From contig JAOZFG010000029.1 in the NCBI GenBank assembly GCA_027491435.1, positions 1 to 53,029 of the forward strand: a DNA stretch of 53,029 bases. Direction: 5' to 3'. The stretch comes from Thermoproteota archaeon. Lineage in GTDB: Archaea > Korarchaeota > Korarchaeia > Korarchaeales > Korarchaeaceae. Each line of letters starts with the position of its first letter. The first letter of the stretch is position 1. Of this stretch, positions 25,635-35,158 are shown in pieces. The position numbers and the translations under genes are program-made. The notes below the pieces were generated by a model. That model did no database searches. It was given only the letters and a program-made list of their open reading frames with translations, and was not told the DNA's origin.

Positions 25635-26824
25635 ACCCTCTCAACCTTTAACCTGACGCCTTCAACGTCAACGACCCTCACTCTGGCCCCCTCCTCTATC
25701 TCCTCATCGGAGAAGGCCGTCCAAAGCTCGGACTCTATCAGGACGACCCCTCCCTGAGGGGTCACCTTACTCTTAACTATGCCCTCCCTGCCTAACATGT
25801 CCTCAGGCAGTGGGAGGGCCGTCCTCCCCTTAAGGGACTCCCTTATCTTGTAGAGGTAGAAGCCAACCAGACCGGATATAACTATTAGGGCGGCTATGAC
25901 GGTCTCAGCTCTGACGGACATCGCCACCAGGGGGCTACCCTCGTAAACCAGAAAGAGGCCCAGGGCTGATATGGCGCTTCCCATTATGGCCAGTAGACCA
26001 TGTCCGGTCTTAAGCTCCAGGAAGATCGTCGCGACTCCAATGATTATGAGGGCTATTGCTGTGAGGCTGACCCCCATGACGCCCATCCCATAGAGTCCTA
26101 ATATCGCTATGGCCGCCCCTGTTCCTTCCATCACGAAGGTTGGGTGGGTGAGCCCGATGAGCACAAGTATTCCGCCCACGAGTATGAGGACCCAAGCGTT
26201 TATAGGGTCCGTTATGAGCATGAGGATAGCCACCAGGGGGCTGGGGGAGTGCTCATATCCGGGAGCCCACCCTATCTCTTTCAGAAATTCGCTTAAGGAG
26301 CGAGAGCTATACTCCACCACCCCATACCTTAAGGCCTCTTCCGCTGAGAGGGCCAAGTTATCCCTGACCATGAGCTCAGCAGCTGTCTCGTTCCTCCCAG
26401 CCCCTTTAGCCAGGCTGGCCGCCCAGCTGGCTACGGCGTTGAGCACCTTCTCATCCTTTGGAATTGGAGATGCTGCCCCAACGGCTGATCCTGGTCCCAT
26501 TCCAGCTACGTCCGAGGCCAGGAGTATCAAGGCCCCGGCTGAGAAGGCCCTTCCACCAGGTGGGACGTATACGGCGAACTTTACCGGTGAGGTCTTCATC
26601 ACCGTTATTATCTTCTCGGTGGCCTTGACGAAGCCCCCGTCAGTGTTCAGGACTATAACCACGTTGGCGTTTATTGACTGGGCGAAGAGGGCGGCTTCCT
26701 TTACGTACTGGGCGACCCCCTCTGTTATCAGTCCATCAATCTTTACGACGACGGAAGGACCTCCTTGGAGAACCGCTGTTGAGGATACAATTAAGGCCAT
26801 TATGAGGAGTATCCTAGCTAACAT
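25631..26824 (-). CDS. nfeD: NfeD/STOPP membrane serine protease (ClpP-class N-domain, C-terminal OB fold)
   Basis: LNTDGG, RAFSAG (catalytic Ser), GAASP...DEK (catalytic Lys), GRN..AAE.MV, C-terminal G.V....ELW.A. Start set at ATG 26824 (signal peptide). Confidence 0.9.
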   Translation of the reverse strand: MLARILLIMALIVSSTAVLQGGPSVVVKIDGLITEGVAQYVKEAALFAQSINANVVIVLNTDGGFVKATEKIITVMKTSPVKFAVYVPPGGRAFSAGALILLASDVAGMGPGSAVGAASPIPKDEKVLNAVASWAASLAKGAGRNETAAELMVRDNLALSAEEALRYGVVEYSSRSLSEFLKEIGWAPGYEHSPSPLVAILMLITDPINAWVLILVGGILVLIGLTHPTFVMEGTGAAIAILGLYGMGVMGVSLTAIALIIIGVATIFLELKTGHGLLAIMGSAISALGLFLVYEGSPLVAMSVRAETVIAALIVISGLVGFYLYKIRESLKGRTALPLPEDMLGREGIVKSKVTPQGGVVLIESELWTAFSDEEIEEGARVRVVDVEGVRLKVERV

Positions 26825-26884
26825 CTTCGCTTTATCAGGGAGTAAGAAAATATAAAAGGAGGGGTTCACCTGTCGGGTGTTCCA

Positions 26885-27652
26885 GTGATCCTTAGAGAGG
26901 CCAGGGAGGAGGATGTTGAAGACATAAGGGAGATAGCTTCCTTGACGTGGGAGGGTCACGACTATCTGGCGAAGGTCTTTCACAGCTGGGTCAAGGACGG
27001 GGGGTTCTTCGTAATAGAGGAGGGCAGTAAGGTGGTGGCCACGGCCAAGTTAACCAGCTTACCCTGCAACGTTGCCTGGTTTGAGGGCCTCAGGGTGCAC
27101 CCGGATTACAGGGGGAGGGGCTACGCCAAGACGCTCCACGAGCACCTGATCTCCTTAGCCAGGGAGGAGGGGTTCAGCAGGGCCATGTTCGCCACCTACT
27201 TCAAGAACTGGGCTAGCATCCACCTGGCCGAGAAATACGGGTTTAGGATGGCGCATAGATTCCACAACCTAATGTACGCTCCCAAAAAGGTGGAAGAGCC
27301 CATCAAGTGTGAAGTTAAGCTTCCCGACGTGGAACCGGTACCAATGGGCTGGAGGTTCCTCTACGTCTGTGAAGAGACCCTTAGCTGGTTGAGGGAGAGG
27401 GTGGACTCATTCTGCTTCAGTGAAGGTGGCTTCTTCGTTCCAAAAGATCCTCCCAGAGCCTTTACTCCTTTCTCCTACAAAGGCATGTTGAGGGCGGTCA
27501 ACTACATGGGGTGGGTGGCTGAAAGGATGGGCAATAAGGTCAACGTCCTGGTTCCCGAGGGGAATCCCCTAATAAACGAGCTATTCGAGTGGGGATTCCG
27601 TCAGTGGGAGGGCAGGGGGCCCGACGTGTACGTCTTCTCCCTCGACCTCTAA
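26885..27652 (+). CDS. GNAT family N-acetyltransferase
   Basis: TWEGHDYL, WFEGLRVHPDYRGRGYA, N.ASIHLAEKYGF. Confidence 0.88.
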   Translation: MILREAREEDVEDIREIASLTWEGHDYLAKVFHSWVKDGGFFVIEEGSKVVATAKLTSLPCNVAWFEGLRVHPDYRGRGYAKTLHEHLISLAREEGFSRAMFATYFKNWASIHLAEKYGFRMAHRFHNLMYAPKKVEEPIKCEVKLPDVEPVPMGWRFLYVCEETLSWLRERVDSFCFSEGGFFVPKDPPRAFTPFSYKGMLRAVNYMGWVAERMGNKVNVLVPEGNPLINELFEWGFRQWEGRGPDVYVFSLDL

Positions 27653-27665
27653 CCTGACCTAAATG

Positions 27666-27673
27666 TTTATAAA
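27666..27673 (+). promoter_or_regulatory. TATA box of tRNA-Asp
   Basis: TTTATAAA ending 26 nt upstream of the tRNA 5' end. Confidence 0.75.
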
Positions 27674-27698
27674 TCGACCGTCGCACCCTTATCAAGGT

Positions 27699-27775
27699 GC
27701 CCGGGTGGTGTAGCCAGGCTAGCATAGGGGCCTGTCGAGCCCCAGACCCGGGTTCAAATCCCGGCCCGGGCGCCA
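27699..27775 (+). tRNA. tRNA-Asp(GTC), intronless, CCA encoded
   Basis: Acceptor GCCCGGG/CCCGGGC, discriminator G, then CCA; anticodon arm GGGGC-CTGTCGA-GCCCC; T arm CCGGG-TTCAAAT-CCCGG. Confidence 0.96.
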
Positions 27776-27809
27776 CTCCTTTTAAGAACGCTAACGTTTC
27801 TACTAAGAG

Positions 27810-28325
27810 GTGATTGAGATCAAGGTCAGGAAGTACTCGTTGACGGTTAAGGAGAGCAAGAGGCTCATAGATGAGGCTCTCTCTAAGTTTCCCGGAATTG
27901 AGGCGGTGATAAAGAGAAGGAAGACCTCCTTACAGGCTTTAGAGGTTCCCTGGAAGGGTAAGACGGCAAAGGTCCTGTTCTACGAGGGGGAGCCCCTGCT
28001 GGTCCAACTGCCCGACGGCACGCTCCTGCCCTTCCTGACGGCCGTCGAGAAGTACCACCTCTCCATACCTAAGGTGGTCATAGACAAGGGCGCCATAATG
28101 CCCGTGGCCAAGGGGGCTCACGTTATGGGGCCAGGCATAGTCAGGGTGGAAGGGGAGTTCAACCCGGGAGACGTGGTTGTCGTGGTGGAGGAGACCAGGG
28201 GTTACGTTATAGCCGTAGGGCTGGCTGAGAGGCCCCACGCCGAAGCTAAGGAGAGGGGAAGAACCGTAAAAAATTTACATCATGCAGGCGACCCCATATG
28301 GAGGGCGGTTGCCTCCCAGCAGTAG
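27810..28325 (+). CDS. PUA-domain RNA-binding protein (MCT-1/Tma20-like)
   Basis: Pre-PUA plus PUA: VVIDKGA...V.KGA.VMGPGI, GDVV.V, AVG.A, KNLHHAGD. Confidence 0.85.
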   Translation: MIEIKVRKYSLTVKESKRLIDEALSKFPGIEAVIKRRKTSLQALEVPWKGKTAKVLFYEGEPLLVQLPDGTLLPFLTAVEKYHLSIPKVVIDKGAIMPVAKGAHVMGPGIVRVEGEFNPGDVVVVVEETRGYVIAVGLAERPHAEAKERGRTVKNLHHAGDPIWRAVASQQ

Positions 28326-28334
28326 GGTGTTAAC

Positions 28335-28802
28335 ATGATAGGAGAGGGTGAAGAGGCCCCTAACTTCTGCCTCCCTGATCAAGACGGGAGGGAGATCTGC
28401 TTAGACTCCTTCAGAGGCAGGTGGGTAGTCTTATACTTTTACCCAAAGGACAACACCAAGGGGTGCACTCAGGAGGCGTTGGACTTCACATCAAGGCTTG
28501 AAGACTTCCAGGAGCTGGGAGCTGCTGTCCTGGGGGTGAGTCCTGACTCGGTTAGAAGTCACAAGAAGTTTGCCGAGAAACACGGGCTTAAGGTGATTCT
28601 ACTCAGCGATGAGTCCAAGGATGTGTTGAAGATGTACGGGGTGTGGAAGCTCAAGAAGAGGTATGGGAGGGAATACTACGGGGTTGAGAGGAGCACCTTC
28701 CTCATAGATCCAGAGGGAGTGATCAGAAAGGTCTGGAGGAACGTCAGGGTTAAGGGCCACGTGGAGGAGGTGCTTCAAGCCCTTAGAGAGTTGGCCTCCT
28801 AA
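28335..28802 (+). CDS. bcp: Peroxiredoxin Q (Bcp)
   Basis: VLYFYPKDNTKGCTQEA, GVSPD, SH.KF..K, ERSTFLID. Confidence 0.93.
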   Translation: MIGEGEEAPNFCLPDQDGREICLDSFRGRWVVLYFYPKDNTKGCTQEALDFTSRLEDFQELGAAVLGVSPDSVRSHKKFAEKHGLKVILLSDESKDVLKMYGVWKLKKRYGREYYGVERSTFLIDPEGVIRKVWRNVRVKGHVEEVLQALRELAS

Positions 28803-28865
28803 CTTTCCAACCATATTTTTAACTGCATAATAGTTTATATTTTTAGCGAGGGATTCCGAGGGAAA

Positions 28866-30161
28866 ATGGTACAGCGAGTCCTGGACCCCCTGTTCAGGCC
28901 TAAGGCTGTGGCCGTCATAGGGGCCACCAAGACCCCTAACAAGATGGGCCACGACGTCCTGAAGAACTTAATCTCCTACGGCTTCAGGGGGCCCATATAC
29001 CCGATAAACCCTAAGTACGATGAGATATACGACATAAAGTGTTACCCGACAGTCCTGGACGTGGTGGACAGGATAGATCTAGCGGTGGTCACGGTTCCCA
29101 TAGAGAACTCAATAAAGCTCATGAGCGAACTGGCTGCCAAGGGCGTTAGGGCCGTCGTGGTAACATCTAGAGTTGAGAGCGGGAAGGAAGAACTGGTAGA
29201 TTACCTTCACGACGCTGCCGAGAAGAACGGTATAAAGATGCTGGGCCCTGAGACCTTCGGCGTGATATACACTCATTCAAAGCTGAACGCCACCTACATG
29301 AACGACCCTCAAGTTAAGGCAGGACACGTGGCCGTTATGTCCTTCTCAACCCACGTCACCACGGCGGTTGTGGGGATGGCCAACTACCAGTCCGTCGGCC
29401 TGTCGGCAGTTGTCCAGCTAGGCGAAAGGTCCACGGTTAGCGAGGCCGAGATCCTGGAGTGGCTGAGAGAGGACAGGAAGACCAGGGTCATCGTGGTAAT
29501 ACTTAGCGAGATGACCGAAGACCTTCAGAGGGAGCTCGAGAAGGTTAACGAGAAGAAGCCAGTGATAACGGTCAGCCACTCCATATTCCTATCGGAGAAA
29601 GGTCTTTTAGAAGCTTCTTCCGTCAGAGAAGCCATGAACTGGTCATTGACTTTCGCCTCAAAGAAGAGGTATAGGGGGAGCAGGACCCTCATAGTCACCA
29701 ACGACGACAAGGCGACGGAGGCAATCTATGTTATGGCCAGGGACACCCAGCTGGACCTAATAGAAGTTCCCGAGGAGATAGTTAAGGAGATAAACATGAG
29801 CACGCCCGAGGAGGTTAGGCTCGAAAACCCCCTGGGAGTTCCCGTTCAGCTTCCTAGCTATGTGTTCACAGGAGTGTTAGAGAAGGCCTCCTTCAGCCAA
29901 GAGGTGGATAACGTAGTCATAATTTACTTTGAAACCCCACTCTCTGATCCCAACAACGTGGTAGAGGCGGTACTCAGCGTGTGGGATAGGACAGAAAAGA
30001 TGATAGTGGTGTCTATGATGGGGGGTAGGAGAGCCGCTGAAGGAGTTATAAAGCTCAGAGAGAACGGAGTTCCCGCATATTTCATACCCGAAGACTCCTT
30101 GAAGAGTCTGGATGCATTCGTCAAGTGGCACTCAGTTAGGTCGAACGAACGCCGGACCTAA
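28866..30161 (+). CDS. ADP-forming acyl-CoA synthetase alpha-subunit homolog, catalytic motifs degenerate
   Basis: CoA-binding N-domain (LF.PKAVAVIGA...P.KMG, YPINP, LGP..FG), NP, C-terminal MMGG...L.ENGVP.Y..PE. Lacks intact SQSG, SHTG and TNGGG motifs. Confidence 0.75.
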   Translation: MVQRVLDPLFRPKAVAVIGATKTPNKMGHDVLKNLISYGFRGPIYPINPKYDEIYDIKCYPTVLDVVDRIDLAVVTVPIENSIKLMSELAAKGVRAVVVTSRVESGKEELVDYLHDAAEKNGIKMLGPETFGVIYTHSKLNATYMNDPQVKAGHVAVMSFSTHVTTAVVGMANYQSVGLSAVVQLGERSTVSEAEILEWLREDRKTRVIVVILSEMTEDLQRELEKVNEKKPVITVSHSIFLSEKGLLEASSVREAMNWSLTFASKKRYRGSRTLIVTNDDKATEAIYVMARDTQLDLIEVPEEIVKEINMSTPEEVRLENPLGVPVQLPSYVFTGVLEKASFSQEVDNVVIIYFETPLSDPNNVVEAVLSVWDRTEKMIVVSMMGGRRAAEGVIKLRENGVPAYFIPEDSLKSLDAFVKWHSVRSNERRT

Positions 30162-30162
30162 C

Positions 30163-30176
30163 TTTAAATCGATTTA
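30163..30176 (+). promoter_or_regulatory. iorAB TATA box overlapped by a perfect 12-bp palindrome
   Basis: TTTAAA at 30163-30168; TAAATCGATTTA at 30165-30176. Confidence 0.5.
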
Positions 30177-30200
30177 CTTCTGTAAAGTTTAGGGTATATC

Positions 30201-32102
30201 ATGGGAGATCTACTTGCCCCCGAGGGCAGCGTGGAAGTTCTGTTAGGCAATGAGGCCATCGCCAGAGGCGCCTTAGAGGGTGGCCTAAACGTCGCCGCCG
30301 CTTACCCTGGTACTCCGAGTACCGAGATAGGGGAGGCCCTCTCAAAGGTCGCTAAGAAGGTCGGGATATATTTTGAGTGGTCGGCCAACGAGAAGGTAGC
30401 CACAGAGGTTACGATGGCGGCGGCATGGTCGGGCCTTAGGTCACTGACAATGATGAAGCACGTGGGTTTCAACGTGGCTTCAGACGCGATATTCACTCTG
30501 GCCTACGCCGGGGTTATAGGAGGGATGGTCATTGTCAGCGCTGACGATCCCCACGCCCACAGCAGCCAGAACGAGCAGGACAACAGGCATTACGCCGAGT
30601 CAGTCGGGCTGCCTATGCTTGAGCCCTACGGCCCTCAAGAGGCCAAGGAGTTCACTAGGATAGCCTTTGACCTCTCGGAGAAGTACAGAATACCCTTCAT
30701 GATAAGGACAACCACCAGGGTCAGCCACCAGAGGGCCCCGGTCAGGCTTGGCAAGATAACTGCCTCGGGAAAGAAGGGAGAGTTCGTACTCCCGGAGCCC
30801 GACAGGTACCTCCAGGTCGGGGCCATAGCCAGGAAACATCACAAGGAGCTCTTGGAGAAGCTCGACAGGATAAGGGAAGAGGTCGCTGCCAAAGACCCGT
30901 TTCTCAAGTTTTATGGGGACGAGGATTCTGACTTCGGCATAATAACATCGGGGGTCTCGTTCGCTCACACGATGGAGGCCCTAAAGCTTACCGGAATAAA
31001 GGCCAAGGTGTTAAAGCTCGGAATGACGTTCCCGCTGCCCGAGGAGAGGATAGGTGACTTCTTATCCGGTTTGTCAACCGTCCTGATAGTTGAGGAGCTT
31101 GACCCATACCTGGAAGTTAGGGTTAAGGCCATAGCTAAGGATTACGCGCCAGACGTCGATGTCCTCGGAAAGCTAACGGGCCACATGCCCAGGGTCTGGG
31201 AGTACAGGGTCAGGACCGTGCTGGAAGGCCTGTCAAAGGCCCTGGGTATAAAGTATCCGGTTAACTTCCCTGAGATAGACAGAAGGAGTTCAAAGGTCCT
31301 CAAGAGAGTTCCTCCAAGGCCACCAGTTCTCTGTCCAGCTTGTCCACACAGGTCAACTGGTTATGCCCTTAGGAGGGCCGCTGGAAGGGCTTACTTCGTC
31401 GGAGACATCGGCTGCTACGCCTTGCTGTTCCAGAAGCCGTTCAGGGTGGAGCACGTCACCCACGCGATGGGCGCCTCAATTGGAGTGGCCAATGGGCTAA
31501 ACATAGCCACTGAAAATGATGTTGTGGCCCTCATAGGAGACTCGACCTTCTTCCACGCCGGGATTCCAGCCCTGATAAACGCTGTTCACAACAAGAGGAA
31601 GATGACTGTCATCATAATGGATAACAGGACCACGGCCATGACTGGCCACCAGCCCCACCCAGGTACCGAGGTTGACGCCATGGGCCAGCAGGCAGAGGCG
31701 GTCGACATTGAGAAAGTCGTCAGGTCCATAGGAGTGGACTTCGTCAAAGTAGTTGATCCCTACGACCATAAGGCAACGGAGAAGGCGATAAGAGAGGCCT
31801 TAAAGCACGATGGTGTTTCAGTAGTTATAACAAAGAGGGAATGCGCCTTGCTGACCGTAGCCAGGCTCAGAAGGGAGGGCAAGAAGATAGTTCCCTACAG
31901 GGTGGACCCGGAGAAGTGCACCTACTGCAGGGTCTGCCTGAATACCTTCGCCTGCCCGGCCTTCGTGGATACAGGCAAGCTAGTTGAGATAGACCCCACT
32001 GTGTGCTTTGGCTGTGGAGCCTGTGTACAAGTCTGCCCGTACGACGCCATAGTCCCTCAGGAGGGCTCTCTAAACTGGAGGGATGAGAGGATAGGGGTGT
32101 GA
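30201..32102 (+). CDS. iorA: Indolepyruvate:ferredoxin oxidoreductase alpha subunit
   Basis: LLGNEAIARG, YPGTPSTEI, NEKVA, MKHVG.NVA.D, SSQNEQDNR, CPACPHR, GDIGCY, IGDSTFFHAG, C-terminal ferredoxin Cys motifs. Confidence 0.96.
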   Translation: MGDLLAPEGSVEVLLGNEAIARGALEGGLNVAAAYPGTPSTEIGEALSKVAKKVGIYFEWSANEKVATEVTMAAAWSGLRSLTMMKHVGFNVASDAIFTLAYAGVIGGMVIVSADDPHAHSSQNEQDNRHYAESVGLPMLEPYGPQEAKEFTRIAFDLSEKYRIPFMIRTTTRVSHQRAPVRLGKITASGKKGEFVLPEPDRYLQVGAIARKHHKELLEKLDRIREEVAAKDPFLKFYGDEDSDFGIITSGVSFAHTMEALKLTGIKAKVLKLGMTFPLPEERIGDFLSGLSTVLIVEELDPYLEVRVKAIAKDYAPDVDVLGKLTGHMPRVWEYRVRTVLEGLSKALGIKYPVNFPEIDRRSSKVLKRVPPRPPVLCPACPHRSTGYALRRAAGRAYFVGDIGCYALLFQKPFRVEHVTHAMGASIGVANGLNIATENDVVALIGDSTFFHAGIPALINAVHNKRKMTVIIMDNRTTAMTGHQPHPGTEVDAMGQQAEAVDIEKVVRSIGVDFVKVVDPYDHKATEKAIREALKHDGVSVVITKRECALLTVARLRREGKKIVPYRVDPEKCTYCRVCLNTFACPAFVDTGKLVEIDPTVCFGCGACVQVCPYDAIVPQEGSLNWRDERIGV

Positions 32103-32104
32103 GC

Positions 32105-32707
32105 ATGGAGCTTGAGGAGTTCAACATAATAGTGTCGGGAGTTGGAGGTCAGGGAATCCTGTTCGCCACGAACGTCTTAGCCAAGGCGGCCCTGAAGATG
32201 GGATTGGACCTTACGCAGAGCGAGGTTCACGGGCTGTCTCAAAGGTACGGGTCAATCCACACCGAGCTGAGGATAGGGAAGAAGGTGTGGAGCCCCCTAA
32301 TATTGGAGGGAACCCTGGACTTGTTGATAGCAATAGAGCCGCTAGAGGCCCTGAGGATGGCCCCCTATATATCGGAGAGGACCACGGTCATAATGAACAC
32401 CCACATAATACCCCCTGTGGGCGCCTACCTCGAGAGGTTCGACGTGCCCGACTTGGACGAGATACTAAGCCTCATGTCTGAGCTCAACCCGAAGAAAGTA
32501 ATAACCCTGAAGGCCTCTGAGCTGGCTGAGAAGGCCGGAGACGTAATAGCAACAAATTCTGTCATGTTAGGGGCTGCAGATGGTTCAGGAGCCCTGCCCT
32601 TCCCTGATGGCCTTCTCAGGGAGGCCTTGGAGGAGGCCTCACCCCCGAGGTATAGGGATTTAAATCTAAGGGCGTTCGATCTGGGGAGAGAGGCTGTCAG
32701 GGTCTAA
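32105..32707 (+). CDS. iorB: Indolepyruvate:ferredoxin oxidoreductase beta subunit
   Basis: GVGGQG, SEVHGLSQRYGS, EPLEALR, NSVMLGA, NLRAFDLG. Confidence 0.95.
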   Translation: MELEEFNIIVSGVGGQGILFATNVLAKAALKMGLDLTQSEVHGLSQRYGSIHTELRIGKKVWSPLILEGTLDLLIAIEPLEALRMAPYISERTTVIMNTHIIPPVGAYLERFDVPDLDEILSLMSELNPKKVITLKASELAEKAGDVIATNSVMLGAADGSGALPFPDGLLREALEEASPPRYRDLNLRAFDLGREAVRV

Positions 32708-32717
32708 CTCCCCTAAG

Positions 32718-34502
32718 GTGATTTTTTTGGTCAGGAGGATCGCTGTAGTAGACAGGGAGCGGTGTAACCCCAGGAAGTGTGGGCTAGAATGCATAAAGTA
32801 CTGCCCCGAGGTGAGGATGGGGAAAGAGGAGACGATAAGGCTTGAGGACGACCTCCTTATAATTGACGAGGAGCTCTGCACGGGCTGCGGCATCTGCGTC
32901 AGGAAGTGTCCCTTCAAAGCTATATCCATAGTTAACCTCCCGGCCCCGGTAGAGGGCGAGGAGGTGCACAGGTACGGGCCCAACGCCTTCACCCTCTACA
33001 GGCTTCCCTTGGTCAGGACCAACAGGATAGTCGGGCTGATAGGGCCCAACGGGGTGGGCAAGTCCACCTCGATAGCCATACTCTCAGGGCAGGTCAAGCC
33101 CAACTTGGGAAGGTGGGACGACCCCCCTGACTGGGATGAGATAATAAGGCACTTCAGGGGATCAGAGCTCCAAGACTACTTCAAGAGGCTTTCTGAGGGT
33201 AAGATAAAGGTTGTCATTAAGCCTGAGAGGATAGACGTTATACCAAAGGCGGTCAAGGGTAAGGTGAGGGAAGTCCTGAACAGGGTAGATGAGAGGGGCG
33301 TATTGGACGAGGTCTCTGAACTGATGAGCTTGAAGCACCTGTTCGACAGGGAAGTTAAGGAGCTTAGCGGAGGTGAGCTGCAGAGGCTCGCCTTAGCGGC
33401 CGCCTATCTGAGGGAGGGGGATGTCTACGTCTTTGACGAGCCTTCAAATTACCTGGACGTCTTCCAGAGGATGAGGGCCGCCAAGCTCATCAGGAACCTT
33501 CAGGAGCAAGGTAAGTCCGTCCTGTTGGTGGAACATGATTTAGCTATATTGGACTACCTGAGCGACTACGTGCACGTCCTCTACGGCGAGCCAGGGGTTT
33601 ACGGGGTTGTAAGCTTCCCCCACAGCACCAGAGAGGGCATCAACATATTCCTGGACGGTTACCTGCCAGACGACAACGTCAGGTTCAGGGAGGACTCCAT
33701 CTCCTTCCTTCAGAGGGCTGGCAAGGTGGAACACTCTGAGGAACCGGTGGTTGTCTACACGGCCCTTGAGAAGTCGCTAGACGGCTTCCACCTGAGGGTT
33801 GAGGAGGGCGAAATATACTCCAGCGAAGTCGTGGTGGCCGTAGGGCCCAACGGAATAGGGAAGACCACCTTCGTTAGGATGCTGGCTGGGGAGCTCAGCC
33901 CCGACGAGGGGGTTGTGATGACCGAGGGGATAAAGGTTTCTTATAAGCCCCAGCACGTCAAGGCCACCTACGAGGGGACAGTGGACTCTCTGCTGAGGAA
34001 GGTGGCCGGATCGAACTACGCAAGCAGTTACTTCAAGGCGGAGGTGATAAAGAGGCTAGGAATAGAGAGGCTCTTGGACAGGTATGTGGACGAGTTGAGC
34101 GGGGGAGAGCTACAGAAGGTGGCCATTGCGGCTTGCCTGGGGAGGGATGCGGACATCTACCTGATCGACGAGCCTAGCGCCTTCCTAGACGTGGAGGCCA
34201 GGTTCGCCGTGGCGAAGGCCATAAGGAGGAGGATAGTCGGTGAGAAGAAGGCCGCTATAGTGGTGGAACACGACCTGCTCACGGTAGAGGCTATGGCCGA
34301 CAGGATAATGGTGTTCTCGGGAATCCCTGGCAGAGAGGGACGAGCTTCCAGGCCCATGGACCCCAGAAGGGGGATGAACGACTTCCTCAGGATAGTCGAC
34401 GTTACCTTCAGGAGGGATCCCGATACTGGGAGGCCTAGGGTGAACAAGCCCGGCTCTAAGATGGACCAAATGGCCAGGGCCAGCGGGAGGTACTACCCAT
34501 GA
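32718..34502 (+). CDS. ABCE1/RLI ribosome recycling ATPase
   Basis: N-terminal two [4Fe-4S] Cys motifs (C.P.KC..EC...CP; CTGCGICVRKCPF), two ABC domains (GPNGVGKST/LSGGELQR; GPNGIGKTT/LSGGELQK), TFRRD...RPRVNK. Confidence 0.97.
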   Translation: MIFLVRRIAVVDRERCNPRKCGLECIKYCPEVRMGKEETIRLEDDLLIIDEELCTGCGICVRKCPFKAISIVNLPAPVEGEEVHRYGPNAFTLYRLPLVRTNRIVGLIGPNGVGKSTSIAILSGQVKPNLGRWDDPPDWDEIIRHFRGSELQDYFKRLSEGKIKVVIKPERIDVIPKAVKGKVREVLNRVDERGVLDEVSELMSLKHLFDREVKELSGGELQRLALAAAYLREGDVYVFDEPSNYLDVFQRMRAAKLIRNLQEQGKSVLLVEHDLAILDYLSDYVHVLYGEPGVYGVVSFPHSTREGINIFLDGYLPDDNVRFREDSISFLQRAGKVEHSEEPVVVYTALEKSLDGFHLRVEEGEIYSSEVVVAVGPNGIGKTTFVRMLAGELSPDEGVVMTEGIKVSYKPQHVKATYEGTVDSLLRKVAGSNYASSYFKAEVIKRLGIERLLDRYVDELSGGELQKVAIAACLGRDADIYLIDEPSAFLDVEARFAVAKAIRRRIVGEKKAAIVVEHDLLTVEAMADRIMVFSGIPGREGRASRPMDPRRGMNDFLRIVDVTFRRDPDTGRPRVNKPGSKMDQMARASGRYYP

Positions 34503-35158
34503 ACGTTTTAAAGCTCTATTACAGGAGCTTGATGCTGGAGGAGGATTTCCTCAACGAGTTGAGGCTCAATGACTACTTTTACCCATCTCTCTTCGTCTTA
34601 ATCGCCTCCCTGATCGTGATCTCCCTAATACCCTTCGCCCTTAACCTGAAGATAGCCTGCGTCTCGTCCAACCCGACGCCCGCCTTCAACAGGTTCATAC
34701 AAGCTAAGACCCTCTTCTCCAAGTACTCAGTGTTTGTCATATTCCTGAGCTGGCTCTCAGGCCTGCTCTCTACCTTGAAAGTAGCTAGGAAGAACATGAA
34801 CCTCAGGAGGTTCATAACCCTGCTCAACCTGTCCTCGCCCTCCCTGGCGACGATGGGATTTGTAGCACTCCTAGTGATCCTCGTGAGCCCCGGAGTGCTA
34901 ATACCCTGTAAATTCGAGATGAGCAACCTTAAGAGGGTTCTGGAGCTGCTATTCCATTACGTAACCACGGCTCCAGGGATGGCTTCTCCGGCCCTCCTGA
35001 TCATAGGGGTCCTGTGGTCCTCCTTGAGGCTCTATAGAATGCTGAGGATTGTCCTGCTGGTCAGGGAGGAGGTGGCCAGGAAGGTCGTCATCTACCTGAT
35101 TCTCAGCTCCTCGGTTACGCCTGCCCTGCTGTTCCTGCTGACCTACCTCATTCTATAA
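34499..35158 (+). CDS. Hypothetical multi-pass membrane protein (Yip1-like pattern)
   Basis: 5 TM segments; LLNLSSP and LW...LY..L...A pattern reminiscent of Yip1; overlaps the ABCE1 stop (ATGA). Confidence 0.5.
   Translation: MNVLKLYYRSLMLEEDFLNELRLNDYFYPSLFVLIASLIVISLIPFALNLKIACVSSNPTPAFNRFIQAKTLFSKYSVFVIFLSWLSGLLSTLKVARKNMNLRRFITLLNLSSPSLATMGFVALLVILVSPGVLIPCKFEMSNLKRVLELLFHYVTTAPGMASPALLIIGVLWSSLRLYRMLRIVLLVREEVARKVVIYLILSSSVTPALLFLLTYLIL

Noticed and set aside
26109-26855. 248-aa plus-strand ORF, and similar Ser/Pro-rich antisense ORFs such as 12863-13423 and 36285-36665
   Set aside because: Antisense to well-supported genes; composition typical of shadow frames.
27540-27776. 78-aa minus-strand ORF MAPGPGFEPGS...
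   Set aside because: Antisense shadow of tRNA-Asp.
27776-28325. Possible integrative element at the tRNA-Asp 3' end
   Set aside because: No integrase, no duplicated tRNA 3' end seen in the window, and flanking genes are housekeeping.
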